Source: Candidatus Cloacimonadales bacterium (lineage in GTDB: Bacteria; Cloacimonadota; Cloacimonadia; Cloacimonadales; DAONDQ01). Taken from it: 64,000 nucleotides of DNA. The stretch spans positions 3,552,001 to 3,616,000 of the forward strand of contig OY759316.1 of NCBI GenBank assembly GCA_963662275.1. The letters are read 5' to 3'. The notes under the pieces are model-generated. The model was given only the letters and a program-made list of their open reading frames with translations. It was not told the DNA's origin and made no database searches. The translations under genes were made by a program, and so were the position numbers. Shown here piece by piece: positions 40,141 to 49,200 of this stretch. Within the stretch, counting starts at the first letter, position 1. Each line of letters opens with the position of its first letter.

Positions 40141-40757
40141 TTCTGCAAAACACTTCCCGGCAGTCTTTTTAACTCATCCTGTATCTTTAATAGTGCAGCA
40201 GGTATCTCATCTTTGTTTTGAATATAAGTAGGTTCTCCATAATAGAGTTCAATTGTCGAAAATGGCTTGGGAATGCGGAACTTATCCCAGGAATTCACAA
40301 TCCATTCCCTGCTGATATGAACACCAATGGGAATAATGGGAGAACCGGATAGCAAAGCAAGATAAAGTACCCCATCGCTCATTTGTTCTGCAGGTCCTTT
40401 GGGTCCGTCAGGAGTGATTGCTACTACATGATTTTTAGCTAATTTCAGCATCTCTCGAAATGCTTGGCTTCCCCCTCTCGTGGAAGAACCGCGAGCAGTT
40501 GTATAGCCCAGCACTTGAGCTGGTCCAGCCACCAATTGACCATCTTTTGAGGAGGAAATCATCACCACACCATTTGTATAACGATGCTGAATCAGGAGAG
40601 GAAGTAAATTCCGATGCCAGAATACATAGATCACCGGTTGTGTTGTTGCACGGTTCTGTTTGATTTTGAAGTGTATGGTCAAATTCAATAGGAGAAGCAG
40701 CCAGGCTCCTAAGTATTTTTCTAATCTCAATCCAATGTACTCTAGGGTTTTGTACAT
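40119..40757 (-). CDS. lysophospholipid acyltransferase family (DUF374) protein
   Basis: FWH, SSSKDG, RGSSTRGG, ITPDGPKGP, SWDKFRIPKPFS. Confidence 0.9.
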   Translation of the reverse strand: MYKTLEYIGLRLEKYLGAWLLLLLNLTIHFKIKQNRATTQPVIYVFWHRNLLPLLIQHRYTNGVVMISSSKDGQLVAGPAQVLGYTTARGSSTRGGSQAFREMLKLAKNHVVAITPDGPKGPAEQMSDGVLYLALLSGSPIIPIGVHISREWIVNSWDKFRIPKPFSTIELYYGEPTYIQNKDEIPAALLKIQDELKRLPGSVLQKVLGSRC

Positions 40758-41878
40758 ATCAACTGTTCAATCAGGTCTGCTGTATTTTTGGAAGCGGAGC
40801 GATTTCCCAACAAATCATGAATTTCAATCAAAGCCGAAGCAAATTCAGTATAGCGCTTATGGTTCCCGAGGATTTTATCTATGTTCATGCGGATATTTTG
40901 CGGATTAGCATCATCCTGGATCAATTCGGGTGCAAGATCACGATCAAGAATGATATTCGGTAAACCGATGCGCTTGATCTTTACAAAACGTTTTCCTAAT
41001 TCATAGGACATCTGCTGCGCTATATAAACGATAAGAAAGGGAGTTCCAATATAAGCTGCCTCAAGAGTCGCTGTTCCGGAAGTGATGCAGAGAAAATCGG
41101 AATGTTTCATCATGGAATATGTATCACTTTTAATAATATGCGGTTTCACCGAAGATGAGGATAAAAGGATTTGGCTGAAAATTGCATCTGGTACTGTGGT
41201 TGCCTGTGAAATAAGAAATTCATATTGATTTGAAGAATAGAGGGCAATTGTTTTCATGAAAACAGGTAAAAGCCGTTTCACTTCATTAATGCGGCTTCCA
41301 GGGAAAAAGCCCAGCCATCTTTTTTCTGGATCAAGATGATGCATTCGAGCGAAATCTTCTTTCGTCTGTGAAATTTGTATCTCTTCAGCAATCGGATGTC
41401 CTACATAAGAGCAAACAACACTTGCATTTTCCAATAAAGGAATTTCGAAAGGAAGGATACAGGCAACGTGCCTGGTATATAAACGCAATTGCTCTACACG
41501 ATGAGCTTTCCACGCCCAGAATTGAGGACTGATATAATAGAGAACATGGATGCCAAAGAGTGTTGCCATTTTGGCAATTCGCATATTGAAACCAGGATAA
41601 TCCACTAAAACAACTAAACTGGGAGGATCAGTATGAAACCATTTTTCTATTTGCTTTTCCATCTCCAGGAAAAACTTCAGATGCTTGGCAACTTCCACGA
41701 AACCCATCACAGCAAACCGATCAAAGGGAACCAGGGCTTTAAAACCCGCTTCCTCCATACGAGCACCACCAATACCAAAATGTTCAACATCAGGATGCCG
41801 AAGATTCATCTCACGAATGATCTGTGAAGCATGTAAATCCCCGGAATTCTCACCGGCTATCCAGAATATACGTTTCAT
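40742..41878 (-). CDS. lpxB: lipid-A-disaccharide synthase
   Basis: AGENSGDLH, AVMGFVEV, VDYPGFN, SPQFWAW, YVGHP, PGSR..E, SGTATLE, GLPNII. Confidence 0.95.
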   Translation of the reverse strand: MKRIFWIAGENSGDLHASQIIREMNLRHPDVEHFGIGGARMEEAGFKALVPFDRFAVMGFVEVAKHLKFFLEMEKQIEKWFHTDPPSLVVLVDYPGFNMRIAKMATLFGIHVLYYISPQFWAWKAHRVEQLRLYTRHVACILPFEIPLLENASVVCSYVGHPIAEEIQISQTKEDFARMHHLDPEKRWLGFFPGSRINEVKRLLPVFMKTIALYSSNQYEFLISQATTVPDAIFSQILLSSSSVKPHIIKSDTYSMMKHSDFLCITSGTATLEAAYIGTPFLIVYIAQQMSYELGKRFVKIKRIGLPNIILDRDLAPELIQDDANPQNIRMNIDKILGNHKRYTEFASALIEIHDLLGNRSASKNTADLIEQLICTKP

Positions 41879-41951
41879 ATTTCTCCTATGAAATTGATCT
41901 TGATTTCAAATTGGTTTGAAAGAAAATGCCGTCAAGAATTTCATTTTCCAT

Positions 41952-42148
41952 GTAGAGCATGTTGCTGACCATGCTAGCTTCGTGGAGTAGGATTCCGATC
42001 CTACTGAATTTCAGTGTATAGCATGATGCCGACCATGCTAGCTTCGTGGAGTAGGATTCCGATCCTACTGAATTTCAGTGTAGAGCATGATGCCGACCAT
42101 GCTAGCTTCGTGGAGTAGGATTCCGATCCTACTGAATTTCAGTGTAGC
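41952..42148. repeat. 64-bp tandem repeat x3 carrying two hairpins (BIME-like GTAG REP cluster)
   Basis: Units start at 41952, 42016 and 42080. Each has GTAG-AGCATG-N8-CATGCT and AGTAGGAT-TCCG-ATCCTACT. Confidence 0.9.
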
Positions 42149-42201
42149 ATTTGATTCTCTGCTCTTCTCCTACAAGCTCACCGACTACTCAGAGTATACC
42201 A

Positions 42202-42250
42202 GTTTCAATCCTGTTTCATTCCTGTTTCATTCCTGTTTCATTCCTGTTTC
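42202..42250. repeat. 11-bp tandem repeat ATTCCTGTTTC x4
   Basis: Directly visible. Confidence 0.8.
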
Positions 42251-42414
42251 GAGAAATAGGAATGAGCTTAGTGTGAAACTGGGATAAACTTGGATAGAAC
42301 TTGGTATAATATACGTGGAATTGAAATGACCTATCTGCCGATGAGGAATCAGCGCTCCAAGATACGTCTGCTTTTCGCACTGTAAGCTGTACCCTGTCAA
42401 ATGTTAGCTTCTGC

Positions 42415-42585
42415 CTATTTCACTTCCAGCGTCAGTATTCCATCCCATGTGGCAGGTGGATTCTTAATCAGGTATTCGCAGCGTTCACGCATCGTGAGAG
42501 AGGGCTGGTCTTTCAGTCGGTTACATATTCCGACACTTTTAATAAAATGGGAAATTGAATATTTCTCAGTAGAGTGAGCAAAGTT
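42415..42585 (-). pseudogene. gene remnant resembling the C-terminal tail of class III adenylate/guanylate cyclases
   Basis: Manual translation ..KDQPSLTMRERCEYLIKNPPATWDGILTLEVK*. There is an in-frame stop upstream and no start. Confidence 0.55.
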
Positions 42586-42715
42586 TTAGGTTACTGGAGA
42601 GGATAAGAATTTAACTTTTCCTAATCCATCTCTTGCTTTCCTAATTATTCAGTTTAAATTCTAATACAATATAAACAGAAATAAGAGTGAGTTTTTGAAA
42701 AAAAAGGGAGGGGAT

Positions 42716-43096
42716 ATGCTAGTTACACTGCATACTGATAAATCTGTGAGAGAAACTGCAGTAGCTTTACAGGCTGCTGTTGTGGCAAATAATTTTGGCG
42801 TATTGCAAATTCATAATCTCAAGGAAGCAATTGTAAAAAAAGGACTGGAATTTACTAACGAATGCTTAATTTACGAAATATGCCAGCCACTCCAGGCGAA
42901 AATGATTCTTGAAAAAAACATGAGCCTTTCCACCTTATTACCTTGTCGCATATCCATCTATGAAGATGGAGGGAAAACTGTCTTGGCTACATTAAAGCCA
43001 ACCTCTCTCCTGGCAATGTTCAATCTGCCTCAACTGGCAGCTATAGCCCTGGAAGTAGAGGAAACAATCGTTAAAATCATGCAGGAATCGGTATAA
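42716..43096 (+). CDS. DUF302 domain protein
   Basis: NNFGVLQIHNLKE, EICQP..A, LLPCRISIYE. ATG at 42716 follows GGAGG. Confidence 0.85.
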   Translation: MLVTLHTDKSVRETAVALQAAVVANNFGVLQIHNLKEAIVKKGLEFTNECLIYEICQPLQAKMILEKNMSLSTLLPCRISIYEDGGKTVLATLKPTSLLAMFNLPQLAAIALEVEETIVKIMQESV

Positions 43097-43140
43097 CTAC
43101 ACGCGGTTATGTTATCTCCCTTAATCTTATAATACAAATG

Positions 43141-43165
43141 AGACGCCCGGTTCGGGCGTCTCTAC
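43141..43165 (-). repeat. solo GTAG-type REP between convergent genes
   Basis: Minus strand GTAGAGACGCCC-GAACC-GGGCGTCT. A related copy is at 53438-53462. Confidence 0.75.
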
Positions 43166-43167
43166 TA

Positions 43168-43608
43168 TTATTTTGCGTCATGTTTATGACACTTGTGATG
43201 ACACATCTTATGCATCATAAGCATCATTATGCCTACTCCGATGAGGATATGCTTTGCACAAATAACCGGAATGAAACGTGTGTGATCTTCAGTGATCTCA
43301 AACATACCCAAGGGCATGGCTTTCCCTCCACCACCGCCACCGTTACCACTATTTGCAGAGATCTTTTTAACAGGCTCTTCATTTTCTTCTTCTGGTGTTT
43401 TCGGAATATCTTGTGCTTTCGAAACGGGTTGACCTTTCTTTCTCCCCCCCTGGTTTGAACCTGAGCCAAAGCCAAAGCCAAAAGAGACCGCCGTGACGGA
43501 AATGAATGTCCTATTCATGATTTCACGGGGCTCACCAAAAACGATTGTTGAACTCATATGCTCACTAAGTTTTTCTAAGATCGATTGCAGAATTTCCTTG
43601 ATTTCCAT
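43168..43608 (-). CDS. GerW/YtfJ-family protein
   Basis: VFGEP, VSFGFGFGSG, GGGGGG..PLG, TRFIPV. Confidence 0.8.
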   Translation of the reverse strand: MEIKEILQSILEKLSEHMSSTIVFGEPREIMNRTFISVTAVSFGFGFGSGSNQGGRKKGQPVSKAQDIPKTPEEENEEPVKKISANSGNGGGGGGKAMPLGMFEITEDHTRFIPVICAKHILIGVGIMMLMMHKMCHHKCHKHDAK

Positions 43609-44148
43609 GAGAAACCTCCTTTAATAATTAATTCTATAATGCAGATATCTTTGAACAAGTAATTTTTAAAAAATACATCGACAGAGATATATTATTACTG
43701 TAATGGATTTTCGCCAATCAAATTTGAACCAAGAGCAGAATAACTTAAAAACTATATTACTTGACGCTATCTTGTAATATTCTCATCTCACCTGTAGAGA
43801 GCAATATAATTTATGATTTTGACTGATAAGTCAAAAGGAGAACTGCTATGAGTAGCCGATATGTATTGCTGTGTATACCATTTTTCAGACCAAATATCTA
43901 CGCCAATTCTATCCTTAGTTATCATAAATGAATAGCAGAAGCGTACAGCGGACAGCGGACAGCGGACAGCGTACAGCGTACAGGTTCGAGGCAGAAGGTG
44001 CCAGATGCCAGGTGCCAGGTGTCAGTTTCATACATTCCTCCCTTTGGACAAAGGGGTGGTTGTAGGGGCGCTCGGAAGTACGCCCGTCTTCGGAGAGTTT
44101 GAGAGCTACATTACAACGAATTATCTGAATAAATAAAAGGAGTTCAAA

Positions 44149-45141
44149 ATGAAATTATATAACATTCTCCTGCTTTTCTGCTTTGCATTGTTACTTACTT
44201 CCTGCATTACTTCTCCAGACGGTCCACCGCAATATGATAGCTTTGTTTGTTGTATCAATGCAGATGGTACAGGTTTCCAAAAATTAATCAGTATCTCGCA
44301 ACTGCCATTTGAAATATCAAAATTATGGGATTTATATACAACGAAAAATGGAAAACTGATCTTTGCCGCTGATAAGTATTATATCAGCGAACCAGATACG
44401 ATTGCACCCGTACCTTTTATTGATATCAGAACAAATTTTGGGATAGGAATGACTTTATCAAATGATGATAAAGCCTATATATGTAGTAATGGTGATCTGT
44501 TCAAATACGATTTTCAAACACATAACCTAACTAATTTAACAGACGACTATCATGGATATCTTATGAACCCAAGAATATCAAATGATGATTCAATAATAAC
44601 AATGATTCAAAAAGATTCAATTTCATATAATCCAACGACTCTTTGTTATTACAAATTATTAGATTCAACTATTCATCTTTTACCAGAAGGGGGTTTATAT
44701 ACTCAGAATGGCATTTATTCTCCATCAGATAATAGGCTATATCATGAACAAAACAATGGGCTATACCGAATAAACTTGAATGGAGAAAATAACGAACATT
44801 TACTTTCCTATTCACCACTTTCATCAAAATCATTCAATCTGACATTTTATAACGATAATCTTATACTGATTAATTTATCCAACTTACTAAGTTTGTATGA
44901 TATTAACTCAGGTCTTGCTACTTTTACCCATCAATTGGATGCTCAAAATGAAATCAATGTAAAATGTACTAAAAATGCAAACAGGATATATTACACTGTT
45001 GGCAACAATATCTTTTATCATAATTTAGACGATCAAACTTCATTCAAGGTTCCAAATACTTCAGGTAGAGAATTTGCCATGTGCCCAACCTGGGATGGCA
45101 ATAAAATATATTATATTGCAAACTTAAGGATAAACAAATGA
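44149..45141 (+). CDS. lipoprotein, probable beta-propeller (TolB-like)
   Basis: Lipobox LTSC, INADGTG, TNLT..P.IS.DD, PTWDGNKIYY. Confidence 0.7.
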   Translation: MKLYNILLLFCFALLLTSCITSPDGPPQYDSFVCCINADGTGFQKLISISQLPFEISKLWDLYTTKNGKLIFAADKYYISEPDTIAPVPFIDIRTNFGIGMTLSNDDKAYICSNGDLFKYDFQTHNLTNLTDDYHGYLMNPRISNDDSIITMIQKDSISYNPTTLCYYKLLDSTIHLLPEGGLYTQNGIYSPSDNRLYHEQNNGLYRINLNGENNEHLLSYSPLSSKSFNLTFYNDNLILINLSNLLSLYDINSGLATFTHQLDAQNEINVKCTKNANRIYYTVGNNIFYHNLDDQTSFKVPNTSGREFAMCPTWDGNKIYYIANLRINK

Positions 45142-45306
45142 GAAACGGCAGAAGCGTACAGCATACAGCGGACAGCGTACAGGTGCAAACATTCCTCCCT
45201 TTGGTTAAAGGGATGGTTGTAGGGGCGTGCGGCAGTACGCCCGTCTTCCTGAGAGTTTGAGAGCTACATTACAACGAATTATCTGAATAAATAAATGGAG
45301 TTCAAA

Positions 45307-46296
45307 ATGAAACTATATAACATTCTCCTGCTTTTCTGTTTTACCTTATTACTTTCATCCTGTTTTGAATCTCAGCCGGAAGGTACGCCTTATGATGATT
45401 ATTTATGTGTTATCAATGCAGATGGAACAGGATTAATTCGACTACATAATGCAAGTGTTCTTCCTTTTGCAATGTCTCAACTCTGGGATTTATCTGTTAC
45501 TCAGGATGGGAGATTGATATTTGGAGCAGATAGATACTATATTACTGACCCGGATACGCTTAATCCAGTACCTTTCTCAGATTTGTTAACTGATACAGTT
45601 AGAAAAATATCTTTTTCAGAAGATAATAAAGCCTACTATTGTAATAATGGTGATTTACTTCAGTATGATTTATCAACTCAGATTACATCAAATCTGACCC
45701 AAAATATAAATGGTAATTTTAAGTGTCCCACAATTTCATCAGATGATAGCATAATTACTCTGTTCAGTATAGAACCTGACAGTAATGCCACAAGGAGACT
45801 TTGTTACTATAACTTATCAAATGATAGTCTGTATATGATCCCACAAGCCGGAACCAGAACAAATAATGGTGTATATAATTCTCGAGATCATAAAATATAT
45901 CATGAACAAAATGAAGGCTTATATCAGGTTAATCTGGATGGGACGGCGAATACTCAATTATTATCCTATTCTTGTTTTTCCAAGCAAGCTTTTGGAATTA
46001 ACTTAATGAATGATTTAATTACCACTATTGATTTTGAACTTGTTCTAAGGGTATTTGATATCAATGCTAACAATACGAGCTTTATGCAGCAATTGGATGG
46101 TCGTAAAATCTTAGCAAAGAACTCAAAAATGGCGAATCGAATCTTCTATATATATAATGGTGATAGCTATTATAAAGACTTTGAACTTCAAAATGTTGTT
46201 AAAGTAACGAATATTACAGGTGACTTTACAGTCATGTGTCCTAGTTGGGATGGTAGTAAAATCTTCTTTATCGCATATATGAGAGCATCAAAATGA
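45307..46296 (+). CDS. lipoprotein, paralog of 44149-45141
   Basis: Lipobox LSSC and the same motifs. Start set at the second Met by alignment with the paralog. Confidence 0.7.
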   Translation: MKLYNILLLFCFTLLLSSCFESQPEGTPYDDYLCVINADGTGLIRLHNASVLPFAMSQLWDLSVTQDGRLIFGADRYYITDPDTLNPVPFSDLLTDTVRKISFSEDNKAYYCNNGDLLQYDLSTQITSNLTQNINGNFKCPTISSDDSIITLFSIEPDSNATRRLCYYNLSNDSLYMIPQAGTRTNNGVYNSRDHKIYHEQNEGLYQVNLDGTANTQLLSYSCFSKQAFGINLMNDLITTIDFELVLRVFDINANNTSFMQQLDGRKILAKNSKMANRIFYIYNGDSYYKDFELQNVVKVTNITGDFTVMCPSWDGSKIFFIAYMRASK

Positions 46297-49200
46297 ATAA
46301 GATTACTTTTTCAGTACTAAATATAATAATGTTTGTTATCATTGTTTTCCCTTTACATGCTTTTTATATTGATAATGCATTTGGAAATGCAATTCATGCA
46401 GATTCAGTTAAAACCGCCTGGTCAAAGTCTGGAGTCACTGACGGTGTTGAAAACATATCATACACAGGAATTGAATATGATATTACTACGTTACCAACAG
46501 AATGGGTAGGACATGCTCCATATAATGCAGTGAATGCTAATGCAAATGCAACCGACAATGCCTATGCTTTTACAAGAGCTATAAGAATAATGGATTCTTT
46601 ATCTACCAATATGAAAACACTTAAAATTCCACAAGGTACCTATAATATTACTGGTTCATTACAATTACCCCCTAATATAATCATAAAAGGTGATGGTTCC
46701 GGACAAACCATTCTTAATTTTATTGTACCTGAAAATCCAACATGGACTGCACATTGCCTGAATGCTTTTGAAATGATAGACATAGATCATACAGGAATAG
46801 AGGACTTGACTATTCAAAGGTTCTGTTTACCCAATGGAGGTAATGATTTGCATCAATATTTGATTGCTCCAAGTCATGGTGGCATGGATAATTCCAACAA
46901 TATTTTCATAAGGAAATCTGATCAATGTTGGGTCACAGGTGTTGAATCCATCGAACCTCTTAGGCATCATATGGAAATCGATAGCTGTAACAATATCACA
47001 GTTTCAGGATGCTACTTTGATAGCGCAAGGATACGTAGCGGTGGCGGTTTCGGATATGGTGTGCAATTATTAAATGGAGCCAATCAGTGTCTAATCGAAA
47101 ATAACATCTTCCATCACAATAGGCATGGTGTAGTATTCAATGATGGTTCACATTACAATGTTGTTGCTTATAATTACATAGGTGATAGTGAATGCGTTTC
47201 TGAATGGAATCCTCTTGGTCTGCCAACAATAATTATCCGTTCAAGTTATGGAGATATTAGTTTGCATGGGCAAAACGATGAAGAAGGATTTCCACTTACT
47301 TTCCAGGGTCCATACAATAACTTGATTGAGGGTAACAACTGTGATATTTTGGCAGTTGATACATCACATAAGGAAAATGGTGTGAATAATGTTTTTTTAA
47401 GGAATCGGTTAAAGAATGATGGTCTGCATATTTGCGGAGAGAAAGATTTAGATAGTCATATTGTTAGTGCTTTACACGATATGTTCTTAATACCATCTTG
47501 TTGGCCTGTGGCATTAGCTATGATATTTTCAGACTTAGCAACAACATGTTCCACATGTCTAATTGCTAAAGTAAATGATCCCGATTTATTTGCTGATCAG
47601 CCGAAGCAAATTTCAATAAATAACTGGTTACAAAACAACTCCTGGTGGAAATCTCAAATAATGGGATATCCATACAGACAGCATAGTAATCATGGTCAAT
47701 ATGAGAAAGTAGTACGAATGAAATACATTGGTTTCTGGGGGCAATGGAAAGAAAAAACAATTAATGATAGCCACGATGGAAGACAAGATTTCACTTATTT
47801 TCGGTACGCAATTGATCCCGATTCGAATAACCCGAGTTACTTTAAAGATGAAGATTGGCCTTATGGTCCGCAATCTAATATCAACCCAGCTAAAAGACGC
47901 TGGGACAGCGGGGGTGCAATCAAAACATTCTCACGAACGGATCCACCTGGTGGGAAATTTGTAATAACTACTGATTCAACATTTACTGGCAATCTTGTAG
48001 TTGATGCAGGAACATCTCTAAGCCTTCGGCCGGGAGTCATACTGAAATTCACATCGGGACATGGTATTATAGTTAACGGTGGTCTGGAAGCGATTGGCAC
48101 TCCAGCTCAACCTATAACATTTACGAATTCTGACTCAGTTAATATCCGATTACAAGGTTTTATTCCGAATACCGTCTGGGATGGGATGCATGTGTCTGGC
48201 AATGCTGGATCTAAACCTATAATCACCTTATCAAATTGCAAATTTTCTCATGCTACAGATTGTGCTTTGAAACTTGAGCATTATGAGGAAGCCACGCTGG
48301 ATAGCTGCTTATTCGAGAATAATACCGGAATGGGTGCCATCTCTGCTGATGACGGCAACCTGGTTCTGACAAACACAACATTTACAGATAATACCAGGTC
48401 AGGCGAAGATTATGGCGGTGCTGCGTTAACCCTTAAAAGCACAATAGCGGACATAGAGAATTGCAGTTTTTCAGAAAACGAATCTCATGTAAAAGCCGGT
48501 GCCATCCAAATTACAGGTACTGAAGGAGATTCCAGTACAGTCAATCTCACCAACTGCTATTTCAGCAACAACTTCAGTGAAGCAAGTTCTTATGCCGGAT
48601 GTGCAATCAATGCAGAGGATTACAATGGACCTATCAACGTAGTAAACTGCTCCTTTATCAACCAGAGAAAAGCAATTCACAGCACACTTACACAAAATAT
48701 GTTCATTTCTAATTCCCTTTTTAACAATACAAAAGATCCAAATGATAACCTGGTAATCCCAAATAATACCAGTACCGGGTATAAATACATTTTAGAGAGT
48801 AATTATTTTGCATTATTGAATTTAGGCACGATTTCTCCAGTTGTTACTATACTTGATACTATCTATACAGGAAATGCCGGTATTATCCTTAATGAGGATG
48901 AAGAACAAACAGGATTGTTTCAGACATCAAAATTAGTAAATACCGGTAATAAAGATGCTAATCTTGCTGCTCTTGATATATTGGGTCATCCGCGTACAAT
49001 AGGTAGAAATATCGATATCGGCGCATTTGAAACCTTAAAAGCCGAGATTCGTATTGATACGCTTGCTGTGGATTTCGGAGATACTCCGGTAGTATCTGAT
49101 CCTTCATTTGCTGTGAAGGAATATTCCCTGCGAATATACAACTTAGGCACATATGATTTAAACTTAGACAGCTTATCTGTACCAGCAGGATATACAGTGG

